From Vicinamibacteria bacterium (GTDB lineage Bacteria; Acidobacteriota; Vicinamibacteria; Marinacidobacterales; Marinacidobacteraceae), in the NCBI GenBank assembly GCA_965199715.1, contig OZ241322.1:1248001-1312000 (forward strand): 64,000 nucleotides of DNA, in the 5' to 3' direction. Positions 31,655 through 39,829 of the stretch are shown here, piece by piece (position 1 is the stretch's first letter; each line of letters opens with the position of its first letter). The position numbers were made by a program, and so were the translations under genes. Under the pieces are notes generated by a model that did no database searches, was not told where the DNA came from, and saw only the letters and a program-made list of their open reading frames with translations.

Positions 31655-34522
31655 CTAGAAGAGCAGCTTCACCGAGAACCGCACCACCCTCGGCGTGAGG
31701 CGGCGGGTGGCCTGCAGGAACCGCGAACCGAGCGTGGAGTTGACTCCCCGCGCCGGCTGGTGGTTCAGCAGGTTGGCGCCGTCCACCTTGACCTGAAGCT
31801 GGCTGTCGCCGAGCGCGAAGGACTTGGCGAGGCTGAGGTCGAACAGCCGGCTGACCGACTCGGTCCGGTTGGTCCCGCGCTCCTCGGCCCAGACGGACTG
31901 GGTTCCCTGCGTCAGCCCGGTGAACCGGACCGTCGGGACGATCGGATCGCCGGCGCGCGCCCGGTAGTTCCAGGCCAGGAGGACGTCGTAGTCGAACAGG
32001 TAACTGCCCGCGAAGTTCACGACCCACGGCACGTCGGTGAACACGGCCCCGTCTTCGCGGTTCGTGAAGATGTTGGGGTTGTTCCAGTCGTTGCCGTCGT
32101 ACGGAGTGTTGTGGTGGACGCCCCGGTGGCTCGAGAAGGTCGCGCCGCCGAGCATCTGCCAGCGGTTGGAAAACCGCTTCTGGAGCTCGAACGCCACGCC
32201 GTTGTAGGTGCTCTGGAGCCGGTCGATGCTGGTGATGACCCGATCCTGCGTGCCGCGGAACTCGTCCTTCAGCACGTAGACCCCGTAGGTCGGCTGCGGC
32301 GAGTTCGCCGGCGCGTCCATGGTCACGAGATCGTAGGCGGAAGCCGGACGGGCCTGGTTGAGCACGCCCAGCGCGTTCCGGTGGATGCGCCGGTGGTAGG
32401 TGGCGCTGAACGAGACGTCCTGCATGAGCGTCATGTCCACGCCGATCGAGGCGTCGTCGCTGTAGGGGCGGTTCGAGTTGCGGTCATAGACCGTGGAGGA
32501 GCCGCCGGTGAACCCCTCGAAGGCGCTCAGGTCCACCTCGGGGCTGTCCGCGACGGTGCCCGAAGGACCGACGTCCACAAGCTTGTCGCCGTCGATGTCG
32601 TTCCAGCCGACCCAAGCGCTGGAGCCGCCGTTCGGGTTCGCGCCCGCCGAGAGCTGCGTCCCGATCTGCGAGTAGTACCGGCCCCAGCCGGCCTTCAGCG
32701 CGGCCCGTCCGTCGCCGAACAGGTCGTACGCGGCGCTCAGGCGCGGGCCGATGTTCATGGGCCAGTCGGGCACGCCGGTGATTTCCTGCGACACGGTGAA
32801 CGGGTCCACGCCGCCGCTGAGCTGGCGGGAGAGCTCCGCCCAGACGCCGTCCGGGCTCCTCTGCGCCGGGACGTATCCGTAGATGCCGTCGAGCCGAACG
32901 CCGAGGTTCAGGGTCAGGCGGTTCCCGATCGTCCAGGCGTCCTGCGCGTAGGCCGCCCAAGTGTTCGTCCGTTCGATCTGCGACGTCGGAGTGTTCGCGA
33001 TGTTGATCCGGCTCGGCACTCCGTCGTTCAGCTCGCCGTAGGTGTCGCCGCTCTTGAAGATGTCCCGGTCCATGCCCTCGCGGGAGGCCTGGGCGCCGAC
33101 CTTGAAGTTGTGCGAACCGCTGGCGGTGTCGAGGAAGTAGGTCAGCGAACTGTTGAACTGGTTCCGGAAGTTCGGGTTCCAGTACTCGCCGCGCCGGTCG
33201 GCGTTGAACTGCTCCCTGCGGACCGGGTCCACGACCGAGATGTCGTTCTCGGTGCAGGGGCCGGCGTCCGGATACTGATCGACGGGGACGCCGCAGTAGT
33301 CGGTGTAGAGAATGTAGGGAGTCGTTCCCGCCATCCGTCCGACGCGCACGTCGAGGATGGCCGCGTCGCCGAGCACCCGGTTGTAGCTGCCGATGAAGTT
33401 GTCGGCCCACTGGTCCTGGAAGCGGGCCAGGTTGTCCGGGACGGCGGTGTACGGCGAGTCGCGGCGGTGGAAGCGCTGCTTCCAGTTCCGCTGCGCGGTG
33501 AAGGAGATGCGGTCGTTGTCGCTCGCCTGCCAGGTGATCTTGCCCATCAGGTTGCGGATCCGGTTGTCGTCGAGCGGAACCTCGCCCTCGAAGTCATCCG
33601 GAGTGCCGATGTACTGGTCATGGATCCAGTGCCGGTAGGCGCCGAAGAACCACGCCTGGTCGCGCACGATCGGACCGCCGAGGGTGCCGTTCGCGTCGAG
33701 CGCGAACTTGATCGGGTTGGCGCCCTGCTCCTCGGCGTCGCCCTGGAGCGATTCGTTCGTGTAGAACGCCACCGCGTCGCCGCTGAACTCGTTGCCGCCG
33801 GACTTCGTGACCATGTTCATGTACACGCCGGCCACGTCCGACTCGGCGGAGTGCGTCGAGGTCTGGAAGTTGAACTCCTCGTACATGCTGAACCCGTAGT
33901 ACTGCATGGTGAATCCACCGGAACCGCCCGGCCAGTTCACCTTGAGCCCGTCCACGAGGAAGCTCTGCTGCGAGGTGGACGACCCGAAGATCTCCATCCC
34001 GTACTGCTGCATGCCGTTGCTGCCGCCCACGTCGAGGCGCCCGGTCACCATGCCCGGCACCATGCCGGCCATGACCCACGGGTTGCGGCCCGTCGGCACT
34101 GCTTCGAGGAGCTCCCGCTCGATGTTGGTCGAGACGGTCGCGCTGCGGACGTCCACCACCGGAGCGTCGCCGGTGACGGTGACGGTCTCCTCGACTCCCG
34201 AGATCCCGAGAGCGACGTCGAGGGTGACGTTGCCGGCCACCCGGACGTTGACGCCCTCCTGGATGACCGTCTGGAAACCGGACAGCGAGAACGTGACGGA
34301 ATACTCGCCCGGCGGCAGCGCCGGAAGGCTGAACCCGCCGCCCGCGCCGGTCACCGCCGTGCGGGGGCCGATCAGCGCCGGACTCTCGAGCGTCACCGAG
34401 ACGCCCGGAAGGACGGCTCCCTGCTCGTCCGACACCGATCCGGTGATCGTGCCGGTCTGCTGGGCGAGAGCGGAGCCGCCAAGAAACGCGAGAGCTGCGA
34501 ACAGCGCTGCGACTTTGCGCAT
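31655..34522 (-). CDS. TonB-dependent receptor, Oar-like
   Basis: GAGGAGG RBS; signal peptide; ITGSVSDEQGAVLPGV; NMVTKSGGNEFSG; YAQDAWTIGNRLTLNLGVRLD; C-terminal F. Confidence 0.92.
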   Translation of the reverse strand: MRKVAALFAALAFLGGSALAQQTGTITGSVSDEQGAVLPGVSVTLESPALIGPRTAVTGAGGGFSLPALPPGEYSVTFSLSGFQTVIQEGVNVRVAGNVTLDVALGISGVEETVTVTGDAPVVDVRSATVSTNIERELLEAVPTGRNPWVMAGMVPGMVTGRLDVGGSNGMQQYGMEIFGSSTSQQSFLVDGLKVNWPGGSGGFTMQYYGFSMYEEFNFQTSTHSAESDVAGVYMNMVTKSGGNEFSGDAVAFYTNESLQGDAEEQGANPIKFALDANGTLGGPIVRDQAWFFGAYRHWIHDQYIGTPDDFEGEVPLDDNRIRNLMGKITWQASDNDRISFTAQRNWKQRFHRRDSPYTAVPDNLARFQDQWADNFIGSYNRVLGDAAILDVRVGRMAGTTPYILYTDYCGVPVDQYPDAGPCTENDISVVDPVRREQFNADRRGEYWNPNFRNQFNSSLTYFLDTASGSHNFKVGAQASREGMDRDIFKSGDTYGELNDGVPSRINIANTPTSQIERTNTWAAYAQDAWTIGNRLTLNLGVRLDGIYGYVPAQRSPDGVWAELSRQLSGGVDPFTVSQEITGVPDWPMNIGPRLSAAYDLFGDGRAALKAGWGRYYSQIGTQLSAGANPNGGSSAWVGWNDIDGDKLVDVGPSGTVADSPEVDLSAFEGFTGGSSTVYDRNSNRPYSDDASIGVDMTLMQDVSFSATYHRRIHRNALGVLNQARPASAYDLVTMDAPANSPQPTYGVYVLKDEFRGTQDRVITSIDRLQSTYNGVAFELQKRFSNRWQMLGGATFSSHRGVHHNTPYDGNDWNNPNIFTNREDGAVFTDVPWVVNFAGSYLFDYDVLLAWNYRARAGDPIVPTVRFTGLTQGTQSVWAEERGTNRTESVSRLFDLSLAKSFALGDSQLQVKVDGANLLNHQPARGVNSTLGSRFLQATRRLTPRVVRFSVKLLF

Positions 34523-34759
34523 GAAAACCTCCTCACGAGGCATGTGTTTTTCTGACGACCGTGCGCGAAGAGAACCCCACCGCCCCGTGCTGGCGGGTCG
34601 CCGACGCATGACCATAGGTAACGGGGGATGATACCGCAACGAGCGTGCCCGGCGGGGCGCCTTGGCCCCGCTGCGCGCCTGTCTTTCAAGTGAATCCATT
34701 TCATGGGCTTGCATAATCGCTCCCGCCGACGCCGGGCGACCGGTGCAGCTTCCCGGAGA

Positions 34760-35839
34760 ATGAGTCCAAGATTCCGTGCCGCGTTCCTCGCGCTGACGCT
34801 CCTCGCGGCGCAGCCGGCGCCGGTGGCGGAGCTGGTCCACGCCTTCCGGGACGATCCCGGCTCCGCCGAGGCGAACCGGCGCCTGTGGGACCTCGTCCGA
34901 ACGGCCCCGCCCGATCTCGCGGACGCGGTGGCCGAAGCGATGGACGAGCTCGGCCCCGACGGTCCGGTCGCGGCCGGCGCGCTGCTGCGGCGGGCGCTCC
35001 GGCCGCTCGAGGCGCTCGAGGCGTTCGACCGCGCTCCGGGGCGCCCGCGAGCCGGGATCGAGGCCGGATGGACGCTCGCGGAGCTCCGGCTGGACGAACG
35101 CGCGCTCGAACGGTTCCGGGACGCGCCCGGTCCGGCGGCGCGTTACGGCGCGGCGTTCGTCCTCGCCCGGCTGGGCCGCTCGGGCGAGGCGCTCGAGGAG
35201 CTTCGGGGCGCCGATCCGGCGAATCCCGCGGTCGCGCTGTTGCGCGCCGAGCTGCTCGACAGCGCCGGCCGGGAGGCGGAGGCCGTGGAGCTGCTCCGGC
35301 GGAGCCGCGCCGGAGGCCTCGGGGCGCTGCGGCTCGCCCGGCTCCTGACCCGGCAGGGAAATCACGCCGAGGCCGCCGGGATTCTCGAATCGCTCGTGGA
35401 CGCGGCGCCCGAACACGGCGAGGCGTGGCTCGCGCTCGCCCGGGTGCGCGAGGGCGCCGGTGCGGTCGAGGCGTTCGAGCGGGCGCTCGCGCATCGGCCC
35501 GACCTGAACGAGGCGCGGCTCGGGCTCGGACGCCTCCTCGCCCGGCGCGGCGAGCGGGAGGAGGCCGACCGGCTGCTCGACGAGTTCGAACGGCGGAAGG
35601 GCGTCGCCGACGAGTCGGCGCGCCTTCTCGGCGAGGCCGAGCTTCGCCCCGACGACGCGGCCGCGTGGTCCGCGTTCGTCGTCCACGCGCTCAAGACCGA
35701 CAATCCGGGGCTCGCGCTGCGGGCGGCGCAGCGGGCGCTCGCGCTCGAGCCGGAGGACCCGGACCGCCGCCGGTCGCTGGCGCGGGTCTGGCGGGAGCTC
35801 GGGCGCCCCGAGGAGGCGGAACGAGTGCTCGCGCGCTGA
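34760..35839 (+). CDS. Exported tetratricopeptide repeat protein
   Basis: Signal MSPRFRAAFLALTLLAAQ; TPR patterns (AFERALAHRPDLNEARLGLGRLL). Confidence 0.78.
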   Translation: MSPRFRAAFLALTLLAAQPAPVAELVHAFRDDPGSAEANRRLWDLVRTAPPDLADAVAEAMDELGPDGPVAAGALLRRALRPLEALEAFDRAPGRPRAGIEAGWTLAELRLDERALERFRDAPGPAARYGAAFVLARLGRSGEALEELRGADPANPAVALLRAELLDSAGREAEAVELLRRSRAGGLGALRLARLLTRQGNHAEAAGILESLVDAAPEHGEAWLALARVREGAGAVEAFERALAHRPDLNEARLGLGRLLARRGEREEADRLLDEFERRKGVADESARLLGEAELRPDDAAAWSAFVVHALKTDNPGLALRAAQRALALEPEDPDRRRSLARVWRELGRPEEAERVLAR

Positions 35840-35840
35840 G

Positions 35841-37205
35841 CTATCCGAGGGCCTGCTTCGCCGCCTCGATCTGGGCGCGGACGGCGAGCGGCGCGGTTCC
35901 GCCCCGCGACGCGCGGCGCGCGGCGGAGCGGGCGTAGTCCCAGACTTCGGCCACGTCCGGCCCGAAGGCGTCCGAGAAGCCGCGCAGCGTCGGGAGGTCG
36001 AGGTCCGGCGGCGCGATTCCCGACGCCTCGGAGTGGGCGAAGACTTCGCCGGCGACCCGGTGCGCGTCCCGGAAGGGCACGCCGCGCTCGACGAGGTACT
36101 CGGCGAGGTCGGTGGCCAGCAGATCCCACGAGAGCGCCGCACGCATCCGGTCGGGCCTGACCTTCAGCGTGCGGATCGCGCCGGCGGCCACCGGGAGCGC
36201 GAGGAGCAGCGTGTCCAGCGTGTCGAAGCAGGGTTCCTTGTCCTCCTGCAGGTCGCGCTGGTAGCCGCCCGCGAGGCCCTTCCCCACGGTCAGGAGCGCG
36301 ACGAGGTTGCCGGTGAGCCGCCCCGACTTGCCGCGGATCAGCTCGAAGCCGTCCGGATTGCGCTTTTGCGGCATGAGGCTGGATCCGGTGGACCAGGCGT
36401 CGTCGAGCCGCACGAACCCGAACTCGGCGGAGGACCAGAGCACCAGATCCTCGGCGAGGCGCGAGAGATGCACCCCGAGGATCGCGCCGGCGGCGAGGAA
36501 CTCCATCGCATAGTCGCGGGTTCCCACCGCGTCCACGCTGTTCTCGAGCACGTCGGGGAAGCCGAGCTCGCCCGCGATCGCGACCCGGTTCACCGGGTAC
36601 GGATTGCCGGCGAGCGCGCCCGCGCCCATCGGCGAGACCGCGGCCCGCGCGGCCGCTGCCACGAGGCGGTCGCGATCCCGGGTCAGCGGCCAGAAGTGGG
36701 CGAGCAGCAGGTGCCCGAAGACCACCGGCTGCGCGCGCTGGAGATGCGTGTAGCCGGGAACCAGCGTGGCGTGGGTCTCCTCGGCGCGGACGAGGAGCGC
36801 CTCCCGCAGGCCGTCGAGCGATTCGAGGAGCGATTCGACCGCGTCGGCGAGGTGGAGCCGGAATCCCGTCTGCGAGAGGTCGTTCCGGCTGCGCCCGGTG
36901 GGGAGCTTGCGCGCCAGCTCGCCGATCTCCTCGAGAAGCAGGCGCTCGACGGCGGTGTGGACGTCCTCGTCGGCGAGCTCGAGCGGCCGGTCGGCGGCGA
37001 GCCGCTCGCCCACCCGGTCGAGGCCGGCGAGCATGCGCTCGAGCTCGTTGTCCGACAACACCGAGACGTCGGCGAGCGCCCGCGCGTAGGCGCGGTTCAC
37101 GCGGATCTCCTCGGCGTGCAGGCGGCGGTCGAACCCGATCGAGACCCCGAGCCGGTCGAGGGCGTCCGCGGGAGGCGCGGCGAAGCGCCCGCCCCAGAGC
37201 TTCAC
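35841..37205 (-). CDS. argH: Argininosuccinate lyase
   Basis: KLWGGRF, EDVH, GRSRND, PGYTHLQRAQP, TGSSLMPQKRNPD. Confidence 0.97.
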   Translation of the reverse strand: MKLWGGRFAAPPADALDRLGVSIGFDRRLHAEEIRVNRAYARALADVSVLSDNELERMLAGLDRVGERLAADRPLELADEDVHTAVERLLLEEIGELARKLPTGRSRNDLSQTGFRLHLADAVESLLESLDGLREALLVRAEETHATLVPGYTHLQRAQPVVFGHLLLAHFWPLTRDRDRLVAAAARAAVSPMGAGALAGNPYPVNRVAIAGELGFPDVLENSVDAVGTRDYAMEFLAAGAILGVHLSRLAEDLVLWSSAEFGFVRLDDAWSTGSSLMPQKRNPDGFELIRGKSGRLTGNLVALLTVGKGLAGGYQRDLQEDKEPCFDTLDTLLLALPVAAGAIRTLKVRPDRMRAALSWDLLATDLAEYLVERGVPFRDAHRVAGEVFAHSEASGIAPPDLDLPTLRGFSDAFGPDVAEVWDYARSAARRASRGGTAPLAVRAQIEAAKQALG

Positions 37206-38407
37206 GAGCCGTCCGGCGGCCGCGAGAGCGCGCGGATCCGCTCGGGCAGGCCGAACAACCGGATGAACCCCTCGGCGTCGGCCTGGCGGTACACCTCGTC
37301 TTCGCCGAACGTGGCGAAGTCCTCGCGGTACAGCGTCTTCGGGCTGCGGCGGCCAGTGGCGCGGGCGACGCCCCGAAAGAGCTCCACCCGCGCGTCGCCG
37401 GTGGTGTTCCGGTGCGCCTCGGCGAAAAACGCGTCGAGCGCCTCGCGCAGCGCCGAGAACCACTTGCCGTCATAGACCAGCTCGGCGTAGCGCAGCGCCG
37501 CCGAAGCGGCGAAGTGGGACGTGGCCCGGTCGAGGGTGATGCTCTGAAGCGCCGCTCGCGCCTCGTGGAGGATGGTTCCGCCGGGAGTCTCGTACACGCC
37601 GCGCGACTTCATGCCGACGAGGCGGTTCTCGACGATATCCACCCGCCCGACGCCGTGCCGGGCGCCGGCCTCGTTGAGGCGCTCGAGCAGCGCCGCCGGA
37701 GACAGGCGCTCGCCGTCCACCGAGACCGGAATCCCGGCCTCGAAGCCGACGACGACCGACTCCGCCTCCGGCTCGACCCGGTCCTGGTTGCGGGTGATCC
37801 GGTAGAGGCTGTCGGGCGGCGCGTTCCACGGATCCTCGAGATCCTCGCCCTCGTGGCTGAGGTGGAAGAGGTTCTGGTCGCGGCTGTAGAGGTCGCCCGT
37901 CTTCTGCTCCACCGGGACGCCGTGCTTGTGCGCGTATGCGAGGGCGTCCTCCCGCGAGCGGACGCCCCACATCCGCCACGGCGCGATGACCTCGAGGTCG
38001 GGAGCGAGCGCCGCGAACGCCAGCTCGAACCGGACCTGGTCGTTCCCCTTCCCGGTGCAGCCGTGGGCGACCGCGTCGGCCCCCTCGCGCCGCGCGATCT
38101 CCACCTGCCGCTTCGCGATGACCGGGCGGGCGAGCGACGTCCCGAGGAGATAGACGCCCTCATAGACGGCTCCGGCGCGGACCGCCGGATAGACGTAGTC
38201 GCGGACAAACTCGTCGCGGATGTCCTCCACGAAGACCGCCGACGCGCCCGACGCGATGGCCTTCGTGGAGGCGGCTTGCAGGTCTTCGTTCTGGCCGACG
38301 TCGGCGATGACGGCGAGGACTTCGGCGTCGTAGCGCTCCTTCAGCCAGGGGATGGCGCAGGACGTGTCCAGACCGCCGGAATACGCAAGGGCGATGCGGT
38401 GGGGCAT
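37202..38407 (-). CDS. argG: Argininosuccinate synthase
   Basis: LAYSGGLDTS, HGCTGKGNDQVRFE, ENRLVGMKSRGVYETPG. Confidence 0.98.
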   Translation of the reverse strand: MPHRIALAYSGGLDTSCAIPWLKERYDAEVLAVIADVGQNEDLQAASTKAIASGASAVFVEDIRDEFVRDYVYPAVRAGAVYEGVYLLGTSLARPVIAKRQVEIARREGADAVAHGCTGKGNDQVRFELAFAALAPDLEVIAPWRMWGVRSREDALAYAHKHGVPVEQKTGDLYSRDQNLFHLSHEGEDLEDPWNAPPDSLYRITRNQDRVEPEAESVVVGFEAGIPVSVDGERLSPAALLERLNEAGARHGVGRVDIVENRLVGMKSRGVYETPGGTILHEARAALQSITLDRATSHFAASAALRYAELVYDGKWFSALREALDAFFAEAHRNTTGDARVELFRGVARATGRRSPKTLYREDFATFGEDEVYRQADAEGFIRLFGLPERIRALSRPPDGS

Positions 38408-38430
38408 GGAGCGCGGAGAATAGCCGCCCC

Positions 38431-39168
38431 GTGCCCCTGGATTCCGAGCGCCCCGACGACGAGGCGGAGGACTTCCCCGAGTACGCGATGCTCCCCGAAA
38501 CCGGGGAGGAGCGCTTCCAGGATCCGATCTACGGGCGCCGCGTGATCGGGACCCTCCTGTCGCGAAAGCCCCGCGCCGGAGCGAGGGCCGCGGTCGGGTG
38601 GACGCTCGGGATCCTGCTCGGCGTGAGCCTTCTCTACTGGCACGGCCCGGCGGAGGTCGCGGCGCTGCTTCCGGCGAGCGGCGAGACGGTGCTGGAGCGG
38701 GGGGAGACCTGGCGCTTGCTGACGGCGCTGGGGGCGCACGCGGACTTCCTGCACTTCCTTTCCAACTCGGTGTTCCTGACGTGGCTCGTGTACGTGTCCT
38801 ACGGGGCGTTCGGCCCGAGCCTGTATCCGCTCGCCGTGGTTCCGGTCTCGGCGCTCGCGATGGCGATCACCATCGAGGGGTACGCCCCGGGGATCCGGCT
38901 CGTGGGCGCGTCGGGGATGGTGTACGCGCTCGCCGGAGCGTGGCTGACGCTGTTCGCGCTGGTGGAGCGACGGCTCGGCGTGGTCCAGCGGTTGATCCGG
39001 GCGGTCGGCTTCTTCTTGGTCGTGCTGGTGCCGACCTCGATCCGGCCCGAGGTGAGCTACCGCGCCCACGCGATCGGGTTCTTCCTCGGCGTCTGCCTCG
39101 CGCTTGCGTACTTCCTCGCCCGCCGGGACGCGATCCGCGGGGCGGAGCGTTGGGAGTGGGACTCCTGA
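38431..39168 (+). CDS. Rhomboid family intramembrane serine protease
   Basis: GETWRLLT, HFLSN, GASG (Ser), AHAIG (His); TM segments. Confidence 0.88.
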   Translation: MPLDSERPDDEAEDFPEYAMLPETGEERFQDPIYGRRVIGTLLSRKPRAGARAAVGWTLGILLGVSLLYWHGPAEVAALLPASGETVLERGETWRLLTALGAHADFLHFLSNSVFLTWLVYVSYGAFGPSLYPLAVVPVSALAMAITIEGYAPGIRLVGASGMVYALAGAWLTLFALVERRLGVVQRLIRAVGFFLVVLVPTSIRPEVSYRAHAIGFFLGVCLALAYFLARRDAIRGAERWEWDS

Positions 39169-39175
39169 GCGGCGT

Positions 39176-39829
39176 TCAGCCGGCCGCGATCCGGTTCAGC
39201 ACCGCAACCCGCTCGGACACCTTCCCGAAGAGGCGCGCGAGCCCCGCCCGGGCCACCCGCGTGTCGCGGAACGCGTCGGCCTGCTGGACCGCCGGGAGGA
39301 GGCCGCCGCCCGACGGCGCCGGCGCGAGCAGCGCCTCCAGCTCGGCGAGGCTCATGGAGCCCTCTCCGGCCGCCGCCCACGCGGTCTCGATGTGGGCCCG
39401 GACCCGGTCGGGGCTCCGGCCGCGGAAATGCAGCAGCGCGAGCGGATCGTCGGCGAAGCTGGCGGCGACGGCGCGGACCGCGGTGGCGGCCCCTTCCTCG
39501 TCGGCGGCCCGGGTCTCGACCGAGCGCGCCGGAGGCGCGAGGCGCACGCCTCGGGCCGCGAGCAGTTGCCGCCCGTCCCGGGGCAGGTAGCCGGCGAGAA
39601 GCGCCGCCGGGAGGAGCGCCTGCTCCTCGAGCAGGCGATAGAACGCGTCCCACTGGTCGTCCCGAAGCGCCGGCGCGCGCACCGTGGCGCGGGTCCGGCG
39701 GAAACCGCGACCCTCCACGTGGACCTCGGCGAGCCCCGGCTGGATCGTCACCGCGCCCCGCGAAGAACCGCCGGGGAGGGTGCGGGCCGCGCGCAGGAAG
39801 TCGTCCGCCCACCAGGGGAGGTCCGTCAT
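39176..39829 (-). CDS. SWIM-family-like partner of the SNF2 helicase, lacking the Zn-finger cysteines
   Basis: ATGA-coupled to SNF2; AALLAGYLP and FADDPLALLHFRG resemble SWIM partner proteins; no Cys in the protein. Confidence 0.6.
   Translation of the reverse strand: MTDLPWWADDFLRAARTLPGGSSRGAVTIQPGLAEVHVEGRGFRRTRATVRAPALRDDQWDAFYRLLEEQALLPAALLAGYLPRDGRQLLAARGVRLAPPARSVETRAADEEGAATAVRAVAASFADDPLALLHFRGRSPDRVRAHIETAWAAAGEGSMSLAELEALLAPAPSGGGLLPAVQQADAFRDTRVARAGLARLFGKVSERVAVLNRIAAG

Noticed and set aside
34523-34759. Riboswitch in the long leader of the second TonB receptor
   Set aside because: No cobalamin, TPP or other aptamer consensus recognised by eye; an Rfam/Infernal scan would be needed to exclude one
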